A stretch of DNA of 64,000 nt from Syncephalis fuscata S228 (Eukaryota; Fungi; Zoopagomycota). The stretch is from the NCBI GenBank assembly GCA_025786725.1, contig JAHLTZ010000020.1, positions 124,001 through 188,000 of the forward strand, given 5' to 3'. A program made the translations under genes and the position numbers. The stretch's first letter is position 1. The number at the start of each line of letters is the position of its first letter. The notes beneath the pieces were generated by a model that was given only the letters and a program-made list of their open reading frames with translations, had not been told where the DNA came from and searched no databases. Below are positions 13,242-26,139 of the stretch, piece after piece.

Positions 13242-14728
13242 AATAGTATGCTAAGCAAAAGATTGATTTGATTGTATATAGATCGCTACAGGAATCGTTA
13301 ACAAGTAGTAAGGCCAAAGTGGTTGAAAATAATACTATGAAAATATTAAGAAAAAAAAAGAAAAAATCGACTAAATTTAGATACCAAATGGTTTTTGGAT
13401 CTGCAGAATCTATTTCCTTGTAATATTCTTGCTTTCTAATTTATAATACAAGCGTTGTTTGCACTAATATACTATGATACCAAGATTGTATAGAATAAAA
13501 AAAAACATGATGTGTAGTTATTATTAGTCATTTATTAATAAAATTGGCCGATGTGTAATTAGTAAAATTATTTCTGTGTCATTATAAAAGCAGTATAAAG
13601 AACACAGTCAGCTCATTTGCTACATGAACCTTTGTAAGTCATACAATTCAGCCATTACATGTGTCAGTTGACGTTTATTAAAGCATAAAAATTAAAGTAT
13701 AAAAATAGATGCAGTCATGCGTTATTTGGAATATATAACTAATCATATAAATTGATAAGCACCATATAAATAAGTAAAATAAAATAAGATTTAATTTCTA
13801 TCATTAACAACTAGACAATATCCGTCTATTACTTTAATACCTAATAAATAATTTACCTATTTATATTATTTTTTCTATTTTTAATTACAAGTATTCATCT
13901 AATATCTGATAACTATAATAGTCGCTAATTGCAAAATACCTTTTTGCCTGTTTAGTAAGTCATTTTATATTAAAACAATATAAATCTATTTACAATTACG
14001 CTTTAAAATACAAACAATGTTTAATTAAGCAATACATAACCAACTGGCTACAATATCTAATAAGTATTTCACTTAAAATCCCTTTTACGGGTTTAATCAA
14101 ATATCAATGGCGATTAAAACATTTTACAGATCTATTTTTAACTTTCACGTGGAACTTATTTTAGATTTAAAACCATTGTGTTGCTATAGTGGTTTAACTT
14201 CTGCCACAATGCAATGGCTATTTATTGTTCATTCTTCATTATTCAGTATAAACTATTGGCTTACTAGTTAGCCGTTGAATTAAACCGTCTAATTCATCAC
14301 TCTGGTGTAAACGGCCATTTACTCACCAAGGTAGTACGAGTTCCCATAGCAAAAGAAGATATTGATAATCCGCTTCTGTTTAAGGAAAATCAGTTGCCGT
14401 TCTATCGATGTTACCTATCAAGTCGTTTTTGCCTCGTTCTTCTCTTTCTCTTTCTTTTCATAAACTGGCAGTATTTTTATCTTTAGTTGTACCCTGAGCG
14501 AATTACCTTTTATTTACTTAATTATTTAGTGCTTTACACCAGCTAGTTATTGGCTGAATCTGCCTTAACTTTACCACTGGTCACACTTATTTGTGCCGGG
14601 TGCCACGTAGAACCAGTTGCTATTGGCTCTTTATCTTTTTTTACTTATTAGAAGACAAAATACTGTATAAGACAGTGTCTGTTTAGCTATTTTGTGCGAT
14701 AGAACAAGTCGGCTAAGCAATTATTTAC

Positions 14729-17158
14729 ATGCAAAATACATCTTTGTTACGACGAAGAATCGCTAATATGTACGCCAACACCACATACACGACACTTACT
14801 GCCGAGCCAGTCGATCCGTACGCAGCGATGCCGACTCGGTATCAGCGAAACAGTCGTAAATTAGACGATGTGCGCGGTCGACAAGGCGAAAATCGTGCTA
14901 GACGCCACCTGTGGCAGAAGTTAGGCGTAGTTATCCTTGTGCTTGCGCTTATCGAATCGGTGGTCGTATTTGTCGGTTACACGCTTATGTTTCATCGATG
15001 GGAACCGGGAAGAGTCGGTAAGTTGCTATTCATTTAGTATTACAATATCAAATGTAGTGCAATAATAACAATAACATAATATGATAAAAATAATGCTAGA
15101 ACTTAAAATATTTCCACCTGTTCCCTATAAACACTTGAACATGTCGGATACCACACCATTGCACAAGGCACACGTGTTTTTCATGTTGCCAAAGAGTTTG
15201 GGCCATCATCAATGGGCGGATTAGGTGCCGTTTTGACTGCTCTGGCTAGGCAACAGCAACGCGATGGCAAAATTAACGTATCAGTCATATTGCCATTCTA
15301 CTCGCTAATGCGCCAAATGCCAATCGCCTCTGATATTCTACCATACGCAAATCTAAGTATGGCTGTTTATCCAGACAAGGGCTATGGTGGCAACTGGCAG
15401 ACTGGACAAACAGCTGCCACAGCTGCCACAGCACGTGCTTTTGAAGCCACTTTGAGCCCAGATGCACAGCCTGAACGTTCGATGGAGCGTGTTTCATTTA
15501 GCGTTGCAACTATGCCATTTTGGACAGATGCAACCAATACAACTGCAGTTACCGTCTATCTTATTGGTCCAGGCGATATTTATCCATTTAATCGTGCCTT
15601 TGACGCAAAAAGTGTACTTGATATTTATGCATCACCAAATGGCTTGCCGCAAGAATGGAAAGATCTTTATTTTGAAAAGGCTGCAGCCAAACTTATCGAG
15701 CATATTCACGTGCAAGCCACCTCGCGTAAACATCCCAAAAAGCTATCGCGCGAGCATAAGAATAGCGATGTTACTACTGATCCAAATCAGCTAGTAATGC
15801 GTGAGGATTCGTTGTCAGAACAAGGTGTCGGCATTGTTCATTTGCATGGTGCAACAAATGCATTTCTTGCGCATTTTCTGGCATCTCGCGTTAAAGCTGG
15901 TGCTTTTGATAGCGGCGGCGGTCGGCCTGGACTTGTCTACACACTACATGACTACTCTGACGAGGTGCTTTATCTTAACGATGCTGGTAACGTCGATAAG
16001 TTTCTTAATTTTCCCTCAGCCGAACGACGTCAGTTAAATCAATATCGCTACGGAAATGAAGTATTTATGTCGCCGCTCGGCATTAATCACGCCGATATGG
16101 TAACATTTGTATCGCGTACACTAACAGCTGATCTCGTTGAGGGTCGTCTCGAGTTCCACATGAAGGAGATTGCTATGGACGCAATATTAGCCAAGGCACG
16201 CGATGGCCGCTTTATCGGCATTACAAATGGTATTGATTTACATTCACATAATCCGTTTAATTCGCCCAGTCTATCGCATAATCATCTAAACTTTCCATCT
16301 CGTTTCCAAGAATGGCCTTGGAGTAGTGCGCCGAAAACCGTTCGTATTCTAGATAGAAAACAAGCAGCCAAAGACTATCTTTACCGCAACGGTATACTTA
16401 CATTAGATGATTTGGACCGACCGCTTATTTTATTTATCGGCCGATTCCAATACAACAAAGGTCTAGAGTTTTTCGACGAAACAACCGAATATCTTGTATC
16501 GCGTAATGCACGCTTTGTTATGATGGGCCAAAAGAATAACTATGCCCACTATAAAGTCGTCGAGCTACGTGATCGCTATCCCGATAACGTGCTTTTAATT
16601 GACGATGAAACAAATCAAAAGAAATGGGGTATTTATTTACGTGCTGCCGCTGATTTTGCCTTTGTTCCTAGTCGGACAGAAAGCTTTGGTCTAGTTGCAG
16701 CGGAAGGCTTGCTATTTGGCGCGGCCGTTATTTCAACTGGCGTTGGTGGTCTACGGGAATTCCTCGTCAATCGACCAATTTTGTCATTAAGCAAACAAAA
16801 CCACCATCCTATTGGACATATTCCAATGGAGCCCGTTAATGCTGATGCACATTCGAATCAAGCTAAACATGAAGAGCTACTTGGTACACCATCAAAGTCC
16901 TATAATGCTTACTTATTCGATCTTGATTCGCCGCGTAGACTTGTTTTGTTAAAACGTGCACTCAACGATGCACTCGATGACTTTCATCGTCTACGACAAG
17001 ATCCTGGTGCTTACGAGCTTTTCTTAGAAGGGCTAATCAGCTCTTCTGTAGTGCTTGGATGGGATCAGAAAAATGGTCCTGTTGATACGTATAATCGTGT
17101 ATACGCAAAAGCCATTGAACGAGCTCGTAAAGTGCCAAAAGGTGGACTTTGGCGCTAA
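14729..17158 (+). CDS. GT5 (glycogen/starch synthase-like) glycosyltransferase with N-terminal TM anchor; intron 15018-15099 and a 1-nt frameshift near 15128
   Basis: RVFHVAKEFGPSSMGGLGAV...VILPFY, VHLH, YTLH, ADMVTFVS, GITNGID, FIGRFQYNKG, AADFAFVPSRTESFGL and TGVGGL give a GlgA-like GT-B pattern. Exon 1 encodes a TM helix (LGVVILVLALIESVVVFVGYTLMF). Confidence 0.85.
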
Positions 17159-18009
17159 GTTATTTAGATACCTTTCAATGAATATTGGTGCATTATTATT
17201 TCATTTATATTAATTATATACATATTATTACCCAAAAGTTAACTGTTATTGATGTTGTTTAAACTATGTTTATTTTGTTATTTGTGCTCGTGATAAACTA
17301 TAACGAGCCTATAAAAATAAATTAATAATTACCATTATAATAAAATGCGTAAAATTATGCTTTAAATGAGCTTGAATATTCATATTACTGATAATAGAAA
17401 CCAAGCAATTATGTAGAAATATTTTGTTTAAACAAAATATAAAGCTTAAAATATAATAAAAAGTTTTATTATTTAATTTGGAAAAAAACTTAGTTTATAG
17501 TTGCCGAATATAGTAATATCGATATTAATTATAAAATAACATCTGCTGCTGCAATTTCAATTACTGTATAAATAATCGTTATAGTAAAACAAAATAAAAA
17601 TTAACTCAAATAAAAGCACAATGTTTATTGATTTAAATAATTGGACACTGCGAGTGAATATATGAAAACATAGGCCTAATACTTTTGGTACAGGCCTAAT
17701 AATAAGAAAATAAAAATATTAAATATTAAATAATAGATAAGGTAAACACTAGACCTAAAGTCTTTTGTTACAATATATACGCTATACTTAAAACTTTTTA
17801 TTATTAAGGTTGTCTGAATTATGTTTATTCTCGTTATTTATATTCATTATTGTTTTAAGTAGTAAAGAAAGGTAAGATAAAAATGCGACTTAAATGCGGA
17901 TTGCTACAATGCTGTTTAAATGATTTCCAAAATGACTACGGAATATATGTTATAAATCATTGATGGGTGCTTGGTAAAGACAGATCTGATTCATATTGTT
18001 CTGGTATAG

Positions 18010-20122
18010 CTACTGACTGGATATCAATGGTTTCTCCCATGGCAACGACGTTAATGGTCTCGTCTTCACAATAAGTATTATCTCAAGTAGATTCATACGG
18101 CGTGGATCCGCCTTGGGTCTCGAGCTGGCGTAAGAGTTGCTGCCATTATTGCTACTGCGATGATGACCCAGTGCTGATGCTAATCGCACCCAGCCAAATG
18201 TGCTCCATCGCCTGTCTTGACTTGAATTGTTAGGTCTATTGCTATAAATATTATTGCTATTGTTGTTGTTGTTGTTGCTATTGTCTTTATCTTTGTTTGA
18301 CTGTGGATTGGGTGATGAAGATGAGTTGAAATTATCGCCACGATGTGGCCAACCGACGCCCCACACGCCTAAAGAGACAATGCTGCGCACGCAAGTAATC
18401 AAGTCACGAGTTGTATTGATATAGTTCAATTCGACGGGCGATGCATTATTAAGACCAACAATACCGAATCCACCTATAAAAAAGGTAGCTGATTCTAGAA
18501 TAAATGTCAGCGATGCAATCAATGAAAAAATAGATAACTAAAAATAAATTGATGTTAGCTGGTTATGAAAAGTGCTGCAATCGCACCAATACTCACTTGA
18601 ATGAATCTCCAACGAGCTTCAGAATGGCGACGGACGCGATAAGTGCATATAAAAAACCAAATGCCTAATAATCGTTGTAGGAAAATGGTAAGTAGGCTGT
18701 TTGTATGTTTCATAGATAATACTTGCCAAATCCACCAAATACAATGCTACCTGAAAATGCGGCTATAGGTGCGATAACACCCATAAAGACTAATCTATTT
18801 TCAAGAAAGCCACCAGCGACATCAAGGCCATCTCGAGCCAGAGAAAAAACAAATAATATTACTTCGATGGCCGTGTGTAAAACTATAAAAACACGAAATC
18901 CAATAACAGATTTAGGAGGAAATATAGCTTTGGCACGAACAGACCTAATAACACAATAAGTAAAAATTGATTTTGTTTAGTTTAGTCCTTTACCAGTGCC
19001 ATAAAAGTAGTGAAAATATAAATATAGCAAGGTACCGAGTAACGACATCTATGATCAGATTAGCCAGCAGTCGTACTTGACTCTTGGTAAGATAGACTAT
19101 TTACGGTCAATGTAAGTTCTCTAATCAACAAATAATAAGCTTATCAACTTACGAGTGGTGTTGATCAGTGCCAAAATCATGATTGCAAGTCGGATATCTC
19201 TACGAACACCGCCCAAATAGCTAAGCCATAGGAAACGCACTAGCGCGTATAATAAACAAAAGGCAACCTTTATACACGTGATATCAATAGACGCATTGGC
19301 TGATTAAACATTTTGTAGTTACCACTGCAAAGGCCGTCCACATATAGGCAGTATTATCATTTTTAAACAACTCCTTGTTCCATGGCCCAGGATCTTTAAA
19401 TAAAAACCAGTGAATAAAATAACTTTGATTTATTTTACAAACTGCTTACCTTCTGTAGCACTAAACCGTAAAGTAATTGGGCTATATTTTGGAAAGCGTT
19501 CCACAAGCTTGTTTGCTCCTTCTCGGCTTAAAAACGTAGGAATTATACCTTTAACCTTGGCCATTTCTTCCTCTGCTCCCCAATTACCGAATGTGGGGCC
19601 CCATAATTCGCCGGTACCTGGTTCTGCATTGGTGAAAAAAGCTATCAGATTGAGCGGAGGATATCCAATAGATACCAATGTTTCTCCTTGAGCTGCTATT
19701 TTTTGCATAATCTATTAACAGAACACATTTTAAATTATTAATATTACATTGTTAACGAATAGCACCATACCTGTGCAATACTGCTACAGCCAGCATTCCA
19801 GGCCAATCCCCAGCTGACAATAGCACCAAAATTGGGATAGCTAGATGCATTTTTTGCCCCTTCTTTAATAAGTGGATGCGTTACAGGGATCTCTTTAAAA
19901 TGCAATCTTTCTCGGCTGGGTTAAACACCATAGAATACAAGAATCCTGTGTAATTGTAACTGGGCTCAATGACACTATACTGATCAAACTTGATACAGTG
20001 ATGGCAGTGTCAGGGTTCCATGTACTGTCGTAGATGGTGATCTTAGCCTGCGTGTAGGATCCTGACAATCCAATTGCTAATAAAGAAGTTAGACAAAAAT
20101 TTAGTAAAGTGCTGGGTAACAT
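18010..20122 (-). CDS. Signal peptide + PA-like extracellular domain + 7TM protein, paralog 1 (several indels; 3' end uncertain)
   Basis: NAGCSSIAQ|, GYPPLNLIAF, WGP, IPTFLSREGANKL, ATE|DPGPWN, then several hydrophobic helices ending GVGWP. Motifs and intron positions shared with 50439-52430 and 54393-56731. Confidence 0.75.
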
Positions 20123-20810
20123 GTTTGAAATGCAATAAAAAAATGATATGAGTTTGGCGGATGTTGGTTGTTCGTTGCTGCTTTTGAAAGGCACATGAAA
20201 CAAAGAATCAAAATGGACCATGAACTAGCGCTAACGTGAGGTGATTATCTATTTAGGCCTATGGTCAATCTTATGCAGCTACCCAGTCACATTATGTTCA
20301 TTGTGTTCGTTGAGGTTCTACAGCTATTTTCCAAACGGGGTAGCAATTGCATGTTTATTACAAGAATGAACACCAATCATGGTATAGTGTCATTTGGACA
20401 CGCGAAGCAATTGCACAGATAACACTAACGTGCAATGACCAATAAAGATAAAGAAAAATATATATTTAATTCGATTGGTACTTGAGATGGCTCGCGTGTT
20501 TCATGCAGCCTATCAACTGAGACAGGCGCCGGTGTGCTATTCAACAGGTACTACAAAACGTAGAACTGTTGAGGCCCATTCTAATACAATAAATACCAAC
20601 ATGTGTTGCTATTTCGCCATTTCACTAGGCCCTCTTTTTTTCATTTGTCGCAAATAGCTTAGATGCGCTATTGAACAATTATCGATGCTTATTGATACCG
20701 GAAAATTTCAGTAGTATTACTATTATTATTATTATTATTATTATTATCACATTGCTTTAATATCTTTATTAAATTATAATTTCTTGTCTTTTGCTAGTGC
20801 TTTGTTCACT

Positions 20811-22812
20811 ATGCAGTCCAAACAATTAATCGCTGTGGCATTATTGCTCACAGTGTCGAGTGGCACCCTTGGTGGTGCACACACTATTTACTCACCCGCC
20901 AATAACAACAATACTATAGCGGCTAACCCATCTAATCCGCCAGCCCAGCCACCTTCACAATGCTCAGCTCGCTGCAGCTCTTATAAGGTCACACCATCTG
21001 TAAGACATCACATTGAATCTACTTGGTCGGTCGAATACCACGATTGTGCTCGTCTTCATCGAAACTGCTATGCAACTTGCGGTACCACAAAAGAATGTTG
21101 CGATAATGCTTTTCTTCAATGTGGCCGTAAAGTGTGCGAAAAGGATGAGTGTGAAGATGCTGCGGAATGTGCCAGTCAATGGACTTGGGCCGGTCAATAT
21201 GGCCAAGATCTAAAACTGTCAACAGCTACAGATTTTACATGTAAAACTTGGAATCGACAACAAAATAAATGTCGCTTACCTAGAAGCTATTGCAGTCAGC
21301 AATTTGCGCATTGTATCGCCAAACCAGTTAAGCTGGTGCCGGCTATTCCAGCACCTGCTACTCAAGTACCTGCCAGTCCAGCAACTGCTATTCCAGCATC
21401 TGTTAGTCCAGCAACTGCTATTCCAGCAACTGCTATTCCAGTAACTGCTATTCCAGCATCTGTTAGTCCAGCAACTGCTATTCCAGCAACTGCTATTCCA
21501 GTAACTGCTATTCCAGCATCTGTTAGTCCAGCAACTGCTATTCCAGCATCTGTTAGTCCAGCACCTGCTATGCGTACACACGAATACAAAGTAGATAAAC
21601 CTGTTACAACTACTTACAAAGCTTATCCGGAATACACTTCAAGGCCACCAGTGTACGGTGCTTATCCGGACTACACTCCAAAGCCACCAGTGTACGGTGC
21701 TTATCCGGACTACACTCCAAAGCCACCAGTGTACGGTGCTTATCCAGTACCTCCACCTGCTTCGTCTCAAACTCCGTCTACAACTGCAACAAGCACAGTG
21801 CCTTCGTCAGTGCCACAGACTACGATGCCAATTAGCACAACGCCAGCGTCTACTCCAGTGCCAACATCTAATACTAGCTCAACCTCCACATTAAATAGCA
21901 CTACTACTACTACTCCAACAGCACCAACTATACTCCAACAGTGCCAACTACTCCTCCAACAGCACCAACCACTCCTCCAACAGTACCAACCATCCTCCAA
22001 CAGTACCAACCACTCCTCCAACAGTACCAACTACTCCTCCAACAGTACCAACTACTCCTCCAACAGATCCACCTGTACCTGTACCGTCACCAGCGCCTGT
22101 ACCGCCACCTGTACCTGTACCGTCACCTGTACCTGTACCGTCACCGGTACCTGCACCGCCATCAGTACCTGAACCACCACCAGCACCTACTCCTCCATCT
22201 ACACCACCACCGGTGCCTGCACCGCCATCAGTGCCTGAACCAGCACCTACACCACCACCAGTGCCTGCACCGCCATCAGTGCCTGAACCACCACCAGCAC
22301 CTACTCCTCCACCTACACCACCACCGGTGCCTGCACCGCCATCAGTGCCTGAACCAGCACCTACACCGCCACCAGTGCCTGCACCGCCATCAGTGCCTGA
22401 GCCAGCACCTACACCGCCACCAGTGCCTGAACCAGCACCTACACCGCCACCTACACCACCACCAGTGCCTGCACCGCCATCAGTGCCTGAACCAGCACCT
22501 ACACCGCCTCCACCTCCCGCTCCTACTCCACCTCCACCTCCCGCTCCTACCCCACCTCCTGCTCCTACTCCACCTCCTGCTCCTACCCCACCTCCGGCAC
22601 CGCAACCATCTCCTTCACCATCCCCTGACCTACCGGGTGATGATTCTGGGGGTGGTGGTAGCGCTCCGCCAAAGGAACCCAATCCCGGCGGTCCTATCGG
22701 TAGAGGAGCATCTAGACCAAAGAAAGATACAAATGGTCTTGGTGTTGGTATTGGCCTTGGCACAGGTAAACCTCTTAAAGTTGAGGCAGATTTAGGTTTG
22801 TTAGGGCTATAA
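20811..22812 (+). CDS. Secreted protein: group XII PLA2-like Cys-rich domain + PATAIP repeats + YGAYPDYTPKPPV repeats + Thr/Pro-rich stalk (frameshifts ~21930, ~21992)
   Basis: Signal peptide. DCARLHRNCYATCGTTKECCDNAFLQCGRKVC matches the PLA2G12 Cys spacing CCxxHDxCYxTCGxxKxxCDxxFxxCLxxIC. ORFs 20784, 21941 and 22213 join across two 1-nt gaps. Confidence 0.75.
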
Positions 22813-23252
22813 ACACTACACTACACTTTAAATATATCCGCTATTATGTCTAATGAACGCCTTTGAAATATTGGGCTTTAATAAATAACTTAAAAATTAA
22901 CATAAGTCTATTATAACCATTTATAACTTTGCGTAATTTATTTTGACAAACGATGGTGGAATACAAGATCATCCATTTAAGTGATTCCAAATAGAAGCCA
23001 GGAGCCGGCTAAACTTCAGTGATTAGCTCTGAGCGAAACATTTACGCACACACCGACACCATTGCCATGGTTATTGCCGCCAATATCGTTCATGCTTAAA
23101 ATAGCTGCAACTTTCTTTCCCTAGCACATATATATATATACTCTTTCTTTGAGTAATATTCGCTTCTCTATAACTATCTCTTGCTATTTTGTGTGTTGTT
23201 TCTGTTCGGCATTTACCAAGTATTCTATTCTTCATCATCACTGCATCATACA

Positions 23253-25103
23253 ATGTCGGCAGTCTATGAAATGACGTCGGTATCTGACACAGTGCGGCAT
23301 GCCGCTAGCGGCAGTATTCGAGAGCGGAGCCGTGGCAACGGCGAAGCCAGTGACGATGAAGAAGACAATACTACAGTCTATGTCGGCGCGAGTGGGCGTA
23401 ATCCCTTTGAAACGTCCAGTACAGCATTCTCGGGTACTCAGCACGAACATTCAAAGCATTTGCTATCCAACAATACAAAAGAGACGCGTCGACAAACACT
23501 AAAGAATAAAGAGCGTAGAAACATGATACTTGGCTTTATTTTACTAGCTATAGGACTGATTACCAGCACTATTCAAACAGTAAGTGATTATGGCAGCTAT
23601 ACTACTAGTGGATTAACTTTATAATGCAGGAAATCACAGCAGTCTTACAATCAAGAAAAGATTATAAAAAGCCGTATTTTATATTGTAAGTTTGTGACAC
23701 AATTAGCTAAATACTATTGATTTACAATTTGTATTTGTGTTGTTAGATGGTGGGCACATAGTATGTTTGTATTTTTGTGGCCAATTATAGCTGCTATCGA
23801 ATATATGGGTGCTGGAAATTTAACTCGATTTAAACGGCGTATTGGACAAGGTGCCGCCTATCTTCGGTCTTCGCGTCTAGCACGCCATAAAGCAGGCCAA
23901 CACAGTGCAGATGATCATGACGATATAGACGATGAGGACCCAGTGCAAGATGTGGCCATGCTGTCTAATTGGAGCTGGCGGCCCATGATTCAACAGGCTA
24001 TTTGGATGAGTCCAGTATTTAACGGTGCTAGCTATGGCTGGTATTTAGCTGCGGGCATGACATCAGCGGCTGCATTGACAGCCATTAGCAACACATCCTG
24101 CTGTTTCGTATATTTATTTTCTGTATTATTATTGGGCGATGCAGTACGCGGCCGTATGATTGCCGCTGTGATCATCAGTGTTGCTGGCGTTGTATTTATG
24201 TCGGTCTCTGATGGTATGACCGCTCCAGCTGAACATCCAATACCCGCTTTATTGTCAAATAATGGCACTAGCAGTAATACGACACTAGGCGATGTAGGAC
24301 CCGATGCACTTACTCTGATCAGTAATAGCACAGCTCTATTACCAGAGGCTGCACCAGTATTAGCTAGCCATACTGGATCTTTTGTTGGTGATATTGTCAG
24401 CCTATTCACTGCGGTATTTAACGGCATGTACCAAGTACTTTACAAACATCATGTTGTGCCTACACGCCATAACTCTGTTCTTTTTGCACAAACAACACTT
24501 GCTATGATGGGTGTATTTACGCTAACTATGTGTTGGATACCCCTTCCAATATTACATTGGATTAACTGGGAGCCATTTGAATTACCAGACATGGAAACCA
24601 TGGGCTATATGTGCTGTATTGGTTTATTAAGCGCCATTTCTAATGCTTGCTTCTTGCCAATTATTGCTCTTATTTCGCCATTGTTTGCCTCTGTAGGATC
24701 AATGCTTATCATTCCAATGGTTGCAGTTACCGATTGGTTTGTACAAGACAAAGCGATTACATTCGGCTTATCGGTAGGCAGTATTGGTATTTGTATTGGA
24801 TTTATTATGCTATCGGTTGGCGGCAATGACGATGAACAAAAGACGGCCACTGTCAGCCCGGAACACGGTCTAGTTGACCATACAGCAAATAAGCACGAAG
24901 CAATAGAAAGCGAAGCTGTACCTATGCTAGAATCAACTAGAGCAAATAGTATCGAAGACGCGTCGACACCACAACTAAAGAACGACTCACAATGGACATG
25001 GAAGGATTGGGAGACCGATGAGCATGATGACCTTGACGATTCACAGTTTGAAATGTCAACTCGTCATGTAAATCAACATAAACATACCGCTCGCAATATC
25101 TAA
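23253..25103 (+). CDS. DMT/EamA superfamily transporter (SLC35F/Thi74-like)
   Basis: YKKPYFI, TAISNTSCCFVYLFSVLLL, GDIVSL, GMYQVLYK, WEPFELP and ISPLFASVGSMLIIP; about 10 TM helices; two short 5' introns. Confidence 0.85.
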
Positions 25104-25641
25104 TACTATTGACGTTAGACTGATACGTTCAACTATACACCGTAGATATCACTATCGTTAATGTAATTACATTGTACGCATTTGCTATTATTTTTATCAT
25201 TTATATAAACATAAGTATAATGTTGACATTAATAGATTGTGATCTGGTCAATATGACGGGCTTCTATCATTGTAATAATATATAATATTTTATTAATTTA
25301 ATTGTATGGAGATAAAATACTATATCATTTATTATTTATTATTTATAGTAGATTAATTACCATCTTGGATATTATTTTATATTGACATTCCAATTTATAA
25401 ACAGCAAGTATACCATTATTACCAAATGTAATCATATTTTAAATGTATTATAAATATTATAACATTCTATTGCCTATGATACAAATAATATTATGAATTA
25501 AATAACACTTTGTATATTTTCTATCAATAATTAATGATTAAATATAAAGACTGGCCATTTCTATGTTAATAAGCGACTTGCGGATTTTTCTTTTTTCTTT
25601 CCGTTGTTATTTTACACCTTTTCTTATTGATCATTTTCACA

Positions 25642-25857
25642 ATGAAGGACGAAACTAAAGAATTGATCGCTCGCTGCACTGAAGTAGTGAAGCGTTTGGT
25701 ACATTTCGGCTTTGTACCGTTCATCATCTATCTTGGCTTTACACGTAGTGTGCCTCGACCATCGTTTATGCGGTAGGTGCCATAGTAACACTAACACAAT
25801 CACTCGTATACTTATACCGACTCTGTATATTATAGAATGATCAATCCATTGGCTTGA
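25642..25857 (+). CDS. TOM7: Mitochondrial import receptor subunit Tom7 (exons 25642-25772, 25836-25857; not in the ORF track)
   Basis: MKDETKELIARCTEVVKRLVHFGFVPFIIYLGFTRSVPRPSFMRMINPLA*. Confidence 0.93.
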
Positions 25858-26053
25858 TCAATAGCATATGCTTATATGCTATTTACGACATTCTCAAGAT
25901 TCCGTCTAAACTATTGTTGTTGCTCACTGTGCACTACACCAACAATGACTCTACTTTAATCACACAATAACAAAATGTATTGACCACAATAATGTGTGTA
26001 TAAAATTGACTTCTTTCTGTGTACTACAGTTATTACGCGCTATATATCAATAG

Positions 26054-26120
26054 AGATAGATAAACGAATATGTATAGATAGATGGTTGAGTGGATAGATA
26101 GATAGATAGACAGATAGATA
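26054..26120. repeat. Imperfect (GATA)n microsatellite
   Basis: Seen directly between the convergent TOM7 and YPP1 genes. Confidence 0.75.
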
Positions 26121-26139
26121 ATTGGATAATAGACCAGTC

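Noticed and set aside
21340-21750. CRISPR-like or non-coding tandem array
   Set aside because: Repeats are in-frame coding units without unique spacers; eukaryotic context, no cas genes.
21948-22763. 271-aa Gly-rich minus-strand ORF and His/Leu-rich 21941-22795 ORF
   Set aside because: Shadow frames of the Pro-rich repeat region of the plus-strand gene.
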